Source: Thermoplasmatota archaeon (GTDB lineage Archaea; Thermoplasmatota; E2; JACPAO01; JAHFTW01). Taken from it: a stretch of 62,910 nt of DNA. This document shows, piece after piece, positions 47,028 to 55,724 of this stretch. Numbering within the stretch: position 1 is the first letter of the stretch; each line of letters starts with the position of its first letter. Where the stretch lies: assembly GCA_041581335.1 (NCBI GenBank), contig JBFIDG010000001.1, positions 1 through 62,910 on the forward strand. Reading direction: 5' to 3'. Both the position numbers and the translations under genes were made by a program. The notes below the pieces were generated by a model. That model was not told the origin of the DNA, ran no database searches, and saw only the letters and a program-made list of their open reading frames with translations.

Positions 47028-47385
47028 GACGCCACTTGAGCAGCCAAAGCGCCGCCAGCACCATGTTCAGCACCGGCACCGGTGCCGTCACGAGCAGCAT
47101 CCACCAGCGGCTGCGGCCAAGCCGCTTGGCATCGATGCTGACGATGAGGCTCGTCGCCACGACGGGCATGTACAGGTATCGGAACAGCATCTTCGGCAGC
47201 CACGCCCGGTCCTCCGGTCGTACGGACCACGCGAAGACGACGAACATCGCCGCCACGCAGATGGCGAGGATGACAAAAAGTCCCAGCACCAAGCGGTGGC
47301 CAGGGATGGATTGAGGGGGGGAAGCGTCCAGTGCAGCCGCAGCCGCGCTGGGAGAAGTCGCGGCTACCTCGTTGGAGGTAGACAT
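46996..47385 (-). CDS. Small membrane protein, unknown function
   Basis: 129 aa with 3 predicted TM helices. It begins 4 nt after the rpl11 stop. Confidence 0.4.
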   Translation of the reverse strand: MSTSNEVAATSPSAAAAALDASPPQSIPGHRLVLGLFVILAICVAAMFVVFAWSVRPEDRAWLPKMLFRYLYMPVVATSLIVSIDAKRLGRSRWWMLLVTAPVPVLNMVLAALWLLKWRHAQTPAPSGA

Positions 47386-47389
47386 GCGC

Positions 47390-47860
47390 TTAGAACTTGG
47401 AGTCCCAGTCGCCGGCGATGATCTTCTTGGAGACGACGCGGGCGTCCTCTCCTTCGATCGTGATGCCCATGCTGACGCAGGTGCCGACGATCTCGTTGGC
47501 CTTCGTCTTGATGGACGCGCCTTGCAGGTCGTCGAACTTCATCTGGACCAGTTCCTTGACCTGCTCGATGGTCAGGTTGCCGACCATCGTGGTCTTGGCG
47601 TTGCCGCTGCCCGACTTGAGGCCGGCCTTGGTCTTGATGAGTTGGCTGGCCGGCGGGGTGCCGACCTTGATCTCGAACTTCTTCTTGTCGTCGATGATGA
47701 CCTTGACGGGGACCTTCATGCCGGCGTAGGCGGCGGTCTTCTCGTTGATGGCCGCGATGACCTCACCGATGTTGACGCCGGCGGGGCCGAGCGCGGGTCC
47801 AAGGGGCGGGCCGGCCGAGGCCTTGCCGCCGTCGACGACTGCTTCAATAGTTTGTGCCAT
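47390..47860 (-). CDS. rpl11: 50S ribosomal protein L11 (uL11)
   Basis: MAQTIEAVVDGGKASAGPPLGPALGPAGVNIGEV.. is the canonical uL11 N-terminal domain. 156 aa from ATG 47860. Confidence 0.9.
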   Translation of the reverse strand: MAQTIEAVVDGGKASAGPPLGPALGPAGVNIGEVIAAINEKTAAYAGMKVPVKVIIDDKKKFEIKVGTPPASQLIKTKAGLKSGSGNAKTTMVGNLTIEQVKELVQMKFDDLQGASIKTKANEIVGTCVSMGITIEGEDARVVSKKIIAGDWDSKF

Positions 47861-48040
47861 GTGGTTGTCTCCTACCCGTCTTGTTCCGGCCGAGGCCGGG
47901 ACTCCCGTGTTAGACGCAGGGCGGAAGGTCGCGAAGCGAGCTTTCGGCCACACGCCAGGGATGGAGGGCAGGTCTGCCGACTCGGAGGTTGTATATCAAG
48001 CGTGGCCCAGCTTTGTTTCCCGTGGAACCCGTCGGCTGGA

Positions 48041-48598
48041 TCAGCTCGGGACGACGCCGGCGCGGATCTTGCTGGCCAGCATGCGGCCGTGGGGGGTCAG
48101 GTCCAGCGCCTTGGTGCGGCCGTGCGGCGTGACCACGATGTAGTTGGCCAGGTACGCGTTGGCCGGCTCGCCGTCCCGCAGGAGGCGGCCAAGGGTCGGG
48201 GCGCTGAGCCCGATGGCGCCGACCAGGTCGGCGGCCAGCACGGAGCGGCCGGACATGCCGCGCTTGGCGACCTCTTGGATGACGCGGTGGGCGCTCTTGA
48301 CGACGCGCAGGTCCAGCTCCTCGGGCTTCTCCCAACCGTTGGCCGTGGCGTCTTCGCGGCGCTCCTCTTCGGGTTGGGCCGCTGTCCGATGGATGGGCCG
48401 CGACAGGGTCTGCAGCTCCTCTTCCTCTGCGTTCTCGATGAGTTCGCGCAACGCGAGCAGCGCCATGCGGCGGGCAGCCTTCGGGGGCACGTCGACGTCA
48501 CCGAAGTCAAGTTCCACATCCACGCGGGCGTGGAGGCCCTTGAGGGGCCAGGCGTTCTCGCCCAGGACTTGCTTACGGTTGAGTTCAAAGACCCGCAT
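48041..48598 (-). CDS. Hypothetical protein with C-terminal winged-helix-like domain
   Basis: 185 aa with an acidic middle region. The C-terminus VLAADLVGAIGLSAPTLGRLLRDGEPANAYLANYIVVTPHG is HTH-like. Confidence 0.4.
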   Translation of the reverse strand: MRVFELNRKQVLGENAWPLKGLHARVDVELDFGDVDVPPKAARRMALLALRELIENAEEEELQTLSRPIHRTAAQPEEERREDATANGWEKPEELDLRVVKSAHRVIQEVAKRGMSGRSVLAADLVGAIGLSAPTLGRLLRDGEPANAYLANYIVVTPHGRTKALDLTPHGRMLASKIRAGVVPS

Positions 48599-48745
48599 GA
48601 GCGAGCTTTCAAGATGGCGTTCTCAAATGAACGTTGTGGCGGTTGGTGTGGCTGTTCTTCCCCGGGATTGGGCAGATGTGGCGTCTGGGCCACTCCTATA
48701 CGCTGCCTGAACCTTTATCCACGACCCCTCTGTCGCGCGAATCGG

Positions 48746-49369
48746 ATGGCGGCCCAAAACGTCACACCCACCCGCAGCGAGCTGATCAACGTCAAGCGAC
48801 GCATCCAGCTCAGCAAGAGTGGCTACAACCTCTTGAAGAAGAAGCGGGATGGCTTGATGTTCGAGATCTTCGAGATCATCGATCGTGTGAAGACCCTCCG
48901 CAACGAGCTCGTCGCGGAATACAAGAAGGCCCAGGAGGCCATCAATTTCGCGTCTGCTGTCGAGGGCGGTCTCACCGTCCGCAGCATCGCCAACACCGTC
49001 AGCCAATCGCCGACGGTGACCCTGCGCGAGCACAACATCATGGGCGTCCGCGTCCCGAAGATCGAGTCTGACCAGGTGCGTCGAGGTCTCACCGAGCGCG
49101 GCTACGGTCTGGTCGGCACGTCGCCTGCCATCGACGAGGCGGTCACCGCCTACGAGGCCTTGGTCGAGAAGATCATCGCCGCGGCCGAACTGGAGACCAG
49201 CATCAAGCGCCTGCTGGACGAGGTCGAGAAGACCAAGCGCCGTGTCAACGCCCTTGAGTTCAAGGTGCTGCCTGACCTGGAAGAGGTCAAGAAATTCATC
49301 GCCTTCCGCTTGGAAGAGATGGAGCGCGAGAGCCTCTTCACGATGAAGAGGATCAAGGCCAAGGATTAG
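48746..49369 (+). CDS. atpD: A-type (V-type) ATP synthase subunit D
   Basis: MAAQNVTPTRSELINVKRRIQLSKSGYNLLKKKRDGL.. is the canonical subunit D coiled coil. No other ATPase subunit genes are adjacent. Confidence 0.85.
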   Translation: MAAQNVTPTRSELINVKRRIQLSKSGYNLLKKKRDGLMFEIFEIIDRVKTLRNELVAEYKKAQEAINFASAVEGGLTVRSIANTVSQSPTVTLREHNIMGVRVPKIESDQVRRGLTERGYGLVGTSPAIDEAVTAYEALVEKIIAAAELETSIKRLLDEVEKTKRRVNALEFKVLPDLEEVKKFIAFRLEEMERESLFTMKRIKAKD

Positions 49370-49370
49370 C

Positions 49371-49562
49371 GTGGCCAAGACGGGCACCGTGACGGTCGCC
49401 GGGAAATCCCTGGCGTGTCACCATTGCGGCCATGCCACGTTCGAAGTGCGGCCGTATTACCTGACCTCCATGCTCTTCGTGGGTGGCGCCGTCGCCGCGA
49501 TGTGCACGGCGTGCCACTTCGTCCACACGTTCCGCCAGCGTGCCGACGTCCAGGTCGGCTGA
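49371..49562 (+). CDS. Small zinc-ribbon-like protein
   Basis: 63 aa in a GC3-rich frame, with CHHCG..CTACH cysteine/histidine pairs around a hydrophobic segment. The GTG start is 1 nt after the atpD stop. Confidence 0.4.
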   Translation: MAKTGTVTVAGKSLACHHCGHATFEVRPYYLTSMLFVGGAVAAMCTACHFVHTFRQRADVQVG

Positions 49563-49669
49563 GCCCCAAGCATTTCTATTGCTGAAAGCAAAATGATGTT
49601 GGAGGGTCGGGCGTGGCTTCGCCCACCCCTGCGAGCGGGCTATCCGCCACGCCTCGTTCGTACCGTGGC

Positions 49670-50095
49670 ATGCAGATGGAAGCCCTCCTCGACGATGCCG
49701 CCCGCACGGCGCAACGCGCCTTCCGCGAAGAGCTGTGCCGCGTCTGGCGCAAGCAGAATGCAGGCATCGGCGTCCCCGTGCCGGTCTCGTTGGTCGGCCC
49801 GCGCGGCGAGTCGGCGGCCATCGTCATCATGGGGGCGGCGCTGCACCAGGACTTCCGCGCCTCTCATAGCCACCTGGTCACGGATGATCTGGCCCGTGAC
49901 GCGCTGCGGCTCAGCCTGGCGCTCGAACTGCACGGCATCGACGCGGACTTCCCCCTCGACCTGCCGCCTGAGATCGGGGCCGGCCTCACCGCTGGCAGTT
50001 GGTGGGCCCGGCACTGGCCCCTCGTGCCCATGCGCCACCCACCCTTCGTGGTCGGGGGCGTCCTGGTCCAGGTCCTGACCCTGGCCTGGCCCTAG
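49670..50095 (+). CDS. Hypothetical protein
   Basis: The frame has consistently G/C third positions from ATG 49670 (MQMEALLDDAAR). No recognisable domain. Confidence 0.4.
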   Translation: MQMEALLDDAARTAQRAFREELCRVWRKQNAGIGVPVPVSLVGPRGESAAIVIMGAALHQDFRASHSHLVTDDLARDALRLSLALELHGIDADFPLDLPPEIGAGLTAGSWWARHWPLVPMRHPPFVVGGVLVQVLTLAWP

Positions 50096-50321
50096 GCCGC
50101 GGCCGCAGGCATGCCGCAGTGCCGTTTCTTCTTCGGCAAGGGCAGCACTTGTTGGATCGTCACCCAGTCGGCATAGGCATCCATGCTAGGAAAAACGGTG
50201 CGTGGCGGATAACCTTCGCGACCTGCATCGGACCATTCCCGGGCCACTTGGCCCCATGCCGGTCACACTGTTCCGCCCGTTCTAGCCGACCCCCATGCTG
50301 GGTGGGGGGCCAGTTGCTCCC

Positions 50322-51011
50322 ATGGACCGGCGTCGTGCCATCATGGGCTACTGGAGCGGACTCCTCGCGCTCAGCCTGATGACCGCCTTCGGCCTCGTCC
50401 TTGTCGCGCTGCACGTCATGGCCGCGCAATGGGGGGACGTGCCGTACTACCTGAGCCACTTCAGGCTCTTGCCCTTCGCGTGGCTGTGGCTGGCGGGGCT
50501 CGGGATCTTCGCAGCCGGGGCCGTGGCGCTCAGCCTCGCCATGCAAGCGGCGTTGCCGCCGGGGGGCTGGAGCAAGGCCACATTGGCGTGCGTCTGGAGC
50601 GTCGGGCCCTTGGTGGCCATCGTCGCCATCTTCCCCGCAGCCGCCCCAGGAGCCGTCACGACCTGGGAGGGCCGCGTCCATGAGGTCGCCGCCATCGCCA
50701 TGTTCTGTGCCGTCGGCTTCGCGATGTTGACCTTGTTCCCGGCGCTGCGCTGGGGCTGGCAGGGCCTCGCCTGGGGCAGCCTCCTCGTCGGGTTGACGTT
50801 CTTCGCCATCACCCCTTGGATGGTCAAGGGCTTCATCGAAGGCACTCCGGACGTCGCGATCAGCGAGCGCATCGTGGTCGGACTTCAGGGGGTCTGGTTG
50901 TTCACGCTGGCGGTGTGGAGCCGCTCGGAGACGGCGCCTTTTGTGCTCGCCAATGCGCCACGCACTCTCCCAGCACAGCCCACGCCGTCAACAGGTCAGG
51001 CCACAGACTGA
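50322..51011 (+). CDS. Polytopic membrane protein (DUF998-like)
   Basis: About 6 TM helices. Start ambiguous (50295, 50322 or 50343). The 3' tail overlaps the nep1 tail. Confidence 0.45.
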   Translation: MDRRRAIMGYWSGLLALSLMTAFGLVLVALHVMAAQWGDVPYYLSHFRLLPFAWLWLAGLGIFAAGAVALSLAMQAALPPGGWSKATLACVWSVGPLVAIVAIFPAAAPGAVTTWEGRVHEVAAIAMFCAVGFAMLTLFPALRWGWQGLAWGSLLVGLTFFAITPWMVKGFIEGTPDVAISERIVVGLQGVWLFTLAVWSRSETAPFVLANAPRTLPAQPTPSTGQATD

Positions 51012-51621
51012 CACTCTCGGGGGCGGCCGCCTGCCACGCTTCGGTGAAGGTGCCGTGGGCGAACCCGCCGACGATCAGTGTCAGGTCCTGTTCCGCCTGC
51101 GCGGGGACGTCTTCCAGGGCGATGGCGGGGCCGGCCGGGTCAAGGCGCAGGACCTTGCCGGTGGCGAACTTCTTCAGGACCGCTTCCGGCGTCTGGACCC
51201 CTTCAGACCAAACGAGCGGGTCTTTGTCCTGGCTCTTGCCCTCGGCGAGCACGCGGGCGATGACGCCCTGGAAGCGTGCTTCGCCCCGAGGCAGGCGGGT
51301 CTCGGGCTTGATGCGGATCCACTGCCCATCGCGGGTGTGGATCCCGACCTCGAGGCCACCCAGCTTGTTCAGCGGGGACTCCAGGAGCGTGAGGAGGCAG
51401 TACTGTAGGATGTCGGCGCGGCCACGGCGCTCGCCTTCAGGGAGCTGGTGAAGGGCGGCACGGTGGGCATTGGCATCCAAGAGGAGGCGCGTGGGCTGCT
51501 TGCCGAGCAACTTGGCCTGGTTGCGGACGGAGGGGTGGCCGGCGATGTCGCTGGGCACCAGTTCGACCTCTGCATCGGCAAGAATGACGCGGAGCACAAG
51601 CCGGCGACACGTCGCTCCCAT
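50902..51621 (-). CDS. nep1: Ribosomal RNA small subunit pseudouridine methyltransferase Nep1
   Basis: Nep1/EMG1 blocks: LVLRVILADAEVELVP, RGRADILQYCLLTLLESPLNK, HTRDGQWIRIKPETRLPR, FQGV, IVGGFAHG. Confidence 0.8.
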   Translation of the reverse strand: MGATCRRLVLRVILADAEVELVPSDIAGHPSVRNQAKLLGKQPTRLLLDANAHRAALHQLPEGERRGRADILQYCLLTLLESPLNKLGGLEVGIHTRDGQWIRIKPETRLPRGEARFQGVIARVLAEGKSQDKDPLVWSEGVQTPEAVLKKFATGKVLRLDPAGPAIALEDVPAQAEQDLTLIVGGFAHGTFTEAWQAAAPESVSLWPDLLTAWAVLGECVAHWRAQKAPSPSGSTPPA

Positions 51622-51698
51622 TTGAATCAGGACACCTGTGAGGGCGCATCCGGGGGCACACAAGGCTTATCGGCCGGTCCGGGCAGGCACGCTTGCGG

Positions 51699-51869
51699 AT
51701 GGCGTTCAGCAAGTTCGACCCACACAAGCCCGAGGAAGATGAGGGCCACGGCATGTCGAGCGATGGCGCGCACCGCCGCGCGATGGTCCTGAAGTATGGC
51801 TGGTGGATCAGCATGGTATACACCGCCGTCGGCTTCGGCTTCATCGCCTATTGGCTCCTTACCGGCTGA
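51699..51869 (+). CDS. Unlisted 56-aa ORF with C-terminal TM helix
   Basis: MAFSKFDPHKPEEDEGHGMSSDGAHRRAMVLKYGWWISMVYTAVGFGFIAYWLLTG. The frame is GC3-rich. It falls below the 60-aa cutoff of the supplied track. Confidence 0.35.
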   Translation: MAFSKFDPHKPEEDEGHGMSSDGAHRRAMVLKYGWWISMVYTAVGFGFIAYWLLTG

Positions 51870-51906
51870 GCAAGACCTTTTGGCCTGCCGGGGCCAAGAG
51901 CAGGGC

Positions 51907-52395
51907 ATGGTCAAGCCCGACCCCGTGCGCCCTGGGCAGGAATCTGTGTGGGGCTACCCCCGGCCGCCGGCCTGCGAAGCCGTCACGCACCGCCTGCGCG
52001 TCATGGCGGGCGACCAGGTGCTCGCGGAGACGACCCGCGGCCATCGCGTGTTGGAGACCAGCCACCCGCCGGTCTACTACATCCCGCCCGAGGACGTCCG
52101 CATGGAGTGGCTGCGGCCCAACGGCCGCGAGACGCATTGTGAATGGAAAGGCCGGGCCGTGTCCTATGACCTGGTCGAGCCGGTCGCGGTGCCGGGTCTG
52201 GCCTGGGCATATCCCGTGCCCTCCTCCGGCTTCGAGGCCATCGCGGGGCATCTGGCCTTCTACGCCGGCCGCGCGGGGCCATGCTTCGTGGACGATGAGC
52301 AAGTGGCCCCGCAGCCGGGAGACTTCTATGGCGGCTGGATCACCGACAAGATCAAGGGGCCCTTCAAGGGCATCCCAGGCTCGTGGGGCTGGTGA
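51907..52395 (+). CDS. DUF427 domain protein
   Basis: ESVWGYPRPP.., HPPVYYIPPEDV, CEWKG.A.Y and FY are typical DUF427 strings. Confidence 0.65.
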   Translation: MVKPDPVRPGQESVWGYPRPPACEAVTHRLRVMAGDQVLAETTRGHRVLETSHPPVYYIPPEDVRMEWLRPNGRETHCEWKGRAVSYDLVEPVAVPGLAWAYPVPSSGFEAIAGHLAFYAGRAGPCFVDDEQVAPQPGDFYGGWITDKIKGPFKGIPGSWGW

Positions 52396-52920
52396 TCAGC
52401 GCGCGTACTTGCCCATGACGGCCCCGTGGCCGGTGACCTTGCCTTTCAATGCGGCCGCGAAGGCCGCCCGGTCGCTTCCGGCCGGCAGCCCGAGGGGGGC
52501 GCTCAAAGCGTAGACATGGATGTAGTACCGGTGGCCGCCGATAGGTGGACATGGGCCGCCGTAGCCGATTCGCCCCCAGGAGTTCTTGCCGCTGATGCCG
52601 GGCTCGCTGTCGGCGGCGATGTCGCCGGCCGGCTCATCCCACCACAGCCAATGGATCCAGGGGCCATCGGGCGCATCCGGGTCGTCCATGAGGAGTGCCA
52701 GATGGGTGGTCCGGGCGGGTAGGTCGGGAAACTCCAGTGGAGGGTTGACGTCATCGCCGTCACACGTGAAGCGGTGGGGGATGGGTCGCCCCTCTTGCCA
52801 TGGCGCGATGACGGTGAACGGGGGGGCGTCGACGGGGATGCCCGTCTGGACCTCTTCTTTGCTCCCCCAGAGGGCGCTGGTCGTGGACAGCATGGCCAGG
52901 CTCGGGCCGAGGCGGGACAT
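52396..52920 (-). CDS. PEBP (YbhB/YbcL, Raf-kinase-inhibitor-like) family protein
   Basis: Contains FTCDGDDVNPPLEF, MDDPDAP, W.HW and PPIGGHRYYIHVYAL. Confidence 0.8.
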   Translation of the reverse strand: MSRLGPSLAMLSTTSALWGSKEEVQTGIPVDAPPFTVIAPWQEGRPIPHRFTCDGDDVNPPLEFPDLPARTTHLALLMDDPDAPDGPWIHWLWWDEPAGDIAADSEPGISGKNSWGRIGYGGPCPPIGGHRYYIHVYALSAPLGLPAGSDRAAFAAALKGKVTGHGAVMGKYAR

Positions 52921-52961
52921 GGGACGTCATGGGTGGGGCCAAGACAAGAACCTGCCCTGCG

Positions 52962-53681
52962 TCAACGGCGGCCGGCGACGACGTAGGCCCGGTTGACCTG
53001 CTTGCCGCCGGGCGCGCCCACGCGGTGAGGGGCGTCGTGCATGGCGGACACGAACTCTTGGAAGGTGGTCTCGTCCCCGAAGTCGATGGTGAACTGGACC
53101 TCGGTGGTCGTGATGTCTTGCAGGCCGGCGGCGGCGAAGCGCGCCTCCCAGTCGGCGGCGGTGTCCTCTGTCGGCATCTCCATGCCGCCTTCGACGTCGA
53201 AGAGGGCCGTGTCCGGCGACCATTCGGCGATGGCGAGCGTGCCGCCCGGTGCAAGGGTCTTGGCCGCGGCGGCCAGCCAGGTGGGGGCGGCGTGGTGCGC
53301 GCCGAAACGGCTGACGATGGCGTCCCATGCCCCAGCAGGCGGATTCGACATGTCGCCTTCGACGTAGCGGGCGCCGGGCGCCACGATGGCCCGGTTCAGC
53401 ATGTGCCGGTTCAGGTCGAGGCCTGTAGCGTCGGCGCCACGCCCGGCGGCGGCGGTCGTGGTGTGCCCCAGGCCGCAGGCCAGGTCGAGCACGCGCGTGC
53501 CGGGGCCCACGAGCGCCGCGTCCAGCAAAGCTTCCGAGACGGTGCTTGTGCCGGTCTCGAGGACGGGCGCCCACTGGGCCCAGAAGGTGGCGCCTTCTTC
53601 GGTCGCGAACGGGTCGTCGGATGCAGCGTCGCCGTGCGGCCCATGGTGGTGGCCACGAGGGTCGTGGCCGTCGGCGCTCAT
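52962..53681 (-). CDS. Class I SAM-dependent methyltransferase with His-rich N-terminus
   Basis: SAM motif I VLDLACGLGH. N-terminus is MSADGHDPRGHHHGPHG. The ATG overlaps the purP stop (ATGA). Confidence 0.7.
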   Translation of the reverse strand: MSADGHDPRGHHHGPHGDAASDDPFATEEGATFWAQWAPVLETGTSTVSEALLDAALVGPGTRVLDLACGLGHTTTAAAGRGADATGLDLNRHMLNRAIVAPGARYVEGDMSNPPAGAWDAIVSRFGAHHAAPTWLAAAAKTLAPGGTLAIAEWSPDTALFDVEGGMEMPTEDTAADWEARFAAAGLQDITTTEVQFTIDFGDETTFQEFVSAMHDAPHRVGAPGGKQVNRAYVVAGRR

Positions 53682-54781
53682 GTCAGGATCGTCGGGAGGC
53701 GGCCTTCGCGGGCCCCCTTCTGGATCTCTTGGCAGATGCGCACGCCGGTCGACAGGCCGGGGCCGATCATCTCGGAGTATGCGCTGCCGGCGATGAACGG
53801 GTTGGTGCCGGCGACGATGCGGGCACTGATCTCGAACACCTTGAACTCCAGGTCTGGGGTGACGATGGTCTCGAGGCAGAACGGGCCCCACAGGCCGCCG
53901 AAGCGCTTGTAGGATTCTTGGATGACGCCTTCGCCCATCTGGAACACCTTGGGGAGCAGGGATTCGCGGATGACCATCGGGATGTTGCCGGTGACGACGA
54001 ACTGCGGGTCGATGCCGGCGTCCTGTAGCTCCTTGATGGAGCCGATGCGGTTCAGCTCGTCGATGTTGGACTCGTCGCGGCGGTCGATGCTCAGCATCTG
54101 CAGCGTGCCGTGGGGCGTGTGGGCCTCTGCGTGTCCCTCGCCTGGGGCGTCCTTGTTGATGATGAAGCCGTCGTCGTCGAGACGGCTGTGGAAGTAGTGC
54201 AGGTAGTAGCGCGTGCCCATGACGAACTCTTGGATCGTGTGGGGTTCGCCTTCCTGGATCTGGCGCTTGTATTCGTGGTAGTTCTTCGCGATGAAGAAGC
54301 CCTTGCCGCCCTTGGCGCCATGGTACTTCACGATGACCGGCTCGACGATGTCGCGGGGGTCTTCGATCTCGCGGGGCATGGTGATGCCGCCTGCCTCGAG
54401 CCAGGCGCGCTCCTTGTCGCGGTCGGACTCGAAGTCCAGCACCTCCCGGTTGCCGTACACGGGGACCTTGATGCTGGTGAAGTCCTTGGCACCCATGTAT
54501 TCGATGAGGCTGCCGTGCGGGATGATGATGACGTTGTCCTTGCGGAGCTCTTCGGCCATGCCGATCAGGTCGTGGTACGACTTGAGGCGGAGGATCTTGT
54601 CCGGTTTGGCGCCCGGGTACGCATCATAGTAGCGAAGGTCACGGTCGCCCGCGATGATCGCCATCGTCCGGAAGCCCAACTTCTTGGCTCCGTGGAAGAT
54701 CTGCAAGGAGCTGTGGCTCGCCGCAGTGGCGATGCACAGATCATTCGTGTCGTAGCCAGCGAGCCAGTCTTCGACGCCCAT
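53678..54781 (-). CDS. purP: 5-formaminoimidazole-4-carboxamide ribonucleotide (FAICAR) synthetase PurP
   Basis: Archaeal PurP blocks: IATAASHSSLQI, IIPHGS, VKYHGAKGGKGFF, IQEFV.G, FEISARIVAGTN. Confidence 0.85.
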   Translation of the reverse strand: MGVEDWLAGYDTNDLCIATAASHSSLQIFHGAKKLGFRTMAIIAGDRDLRYYDAYPGAKPDKILRLKSYHDLIGMAEELRKDNVIIIPHGSLIEYMGAKDFTSIKVPVYGNREVLDFESDRDKERAWLEAGGITMPREIEDPRDIVEPVIVKYHGAKGGKGFFIAKNYHEYKRQIQEGEPHTIQEFVMGTRYYLHYFHSRLDDDGFIINKDAPGEGHAEAHTPHGTLQMLSIDRRDESNIDELNRIGSIKELQDAGIDPQFVVTGNIPMVIRESLLPKVFQMGEGVIQESYKRFGGLWGPFCLETIVTPDLEFKVFEISARIVAGTNPFIAGSAYSEMIGPGLSTGVRICQEIQKGAREGRLPTILT

Positions 54782-54987
54782 GGCGCGGCGAGTCGACGGT
54801 CGTATTTCAGGGGTGCGGGCGCAGACGGGCCCACGCCGCCGCCGCAGCGACCACCCCAACCTCCAAAGGAAACAAGGGTGTGTTATCAGGTTTTCATCTT
54901 GCATCGGTATCGTGGTGGCTTTCAACGCCATGCCGGATCGCGCGGCTCCACAGCGGGGGGTTCCAGACCCGCCGCGATGCGCATCCC

Positions 54988-55572
54988 ATGACCGGCACCC
55001 TTCCCCAGGCCACCCTACAGCGCATCCTGCTGCGCCAGCCGACGCGAGGCCAGGTCTATGCCGCCATCAAGATCGGTCCTGGGAGCCACGTACGGGCCTT
55101 GTCGCGCAGCCTGGGGCTCGCCCTAGGCACGGTGGAGCACCATGTGCGTCAGCTGGAGAAACATGGGCTGGTCTTCGCGCACCAGGCGGGGCGTCGCCGC
55201 ACCCTGTACGCCTCCGACGACATCGACGCCCGGGATGCTGCCGTCCTCCATGCTGTCGGCAAGCCACTGTGGGCGGACATCCTTCGGTGCCTGCTGGAGC
55301 AGCCTGAAGTGGGGGTCTCCACCCTTGCAGGCAAGCTCGGGATCCCGCCATCGAGCCTGTCCCACCACCTCGGGCGCCTACGGGCGCAGGGCTTCCTGGA
55401 ACAGCACAAGGTCGGCCGCGAGAGCATTTACCTGCTCACCGACCCGGTCCGCTTGCAACGCCACTTGCCGCCGCGCCCCTTTATCGGCCTTGTCCAGCGG
55501 GCCCAGGCCCACACCCGACGAAGATCGACCGACCATGCGCCGGCGATCGACCACATTGCCCCCATCCTTTGA
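54988..55572 (+). CDS. Soluble double winged-helix (ArsR-like) transcription regulator
   Basis: Two wHTH units: ..HVRALSRSLGLALGTVEHHVRQLEKHGLV.. and ..VSTLAGKLGIPPSSLSHHLGRLRAQGFL... It is similar to the cytoplasmic part of 18910..20561 but lacks the signal and TM. Confidence 0.65.
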   Translation: MTGTLPQATLQRILLRQPTRGQVYAAIKIGPGSHVRALSRSLGLALGTVEHHVRQLEKHGLVFAHQAGRRRTLYASDDIDARDAAVLHAVGKPLWADILRCLLEQPEVGVSTLAGKLGIPPSSLSHHLGRLRAQGFLEQHKVGRESIYLLTDPVRLQRHLPPRPFIGLVQRAQAHTRRRSTDHAPAIDHIAPIL

Positions 55573-55724
55573 CCGCGTCCCGGGTCCGACCGGCCGTCGC
55601 CCAGTGGGGGTCTGGCTGACACTTGCGGCAGACGGTCGGCCATGCGTGGGGCGATGTCGGAGAACGGTTGTCAGGGGCAGCTGATTCGGTACCTTTCGCG
55701 GCCTGAGCCGCAAGAGGAAACCAC

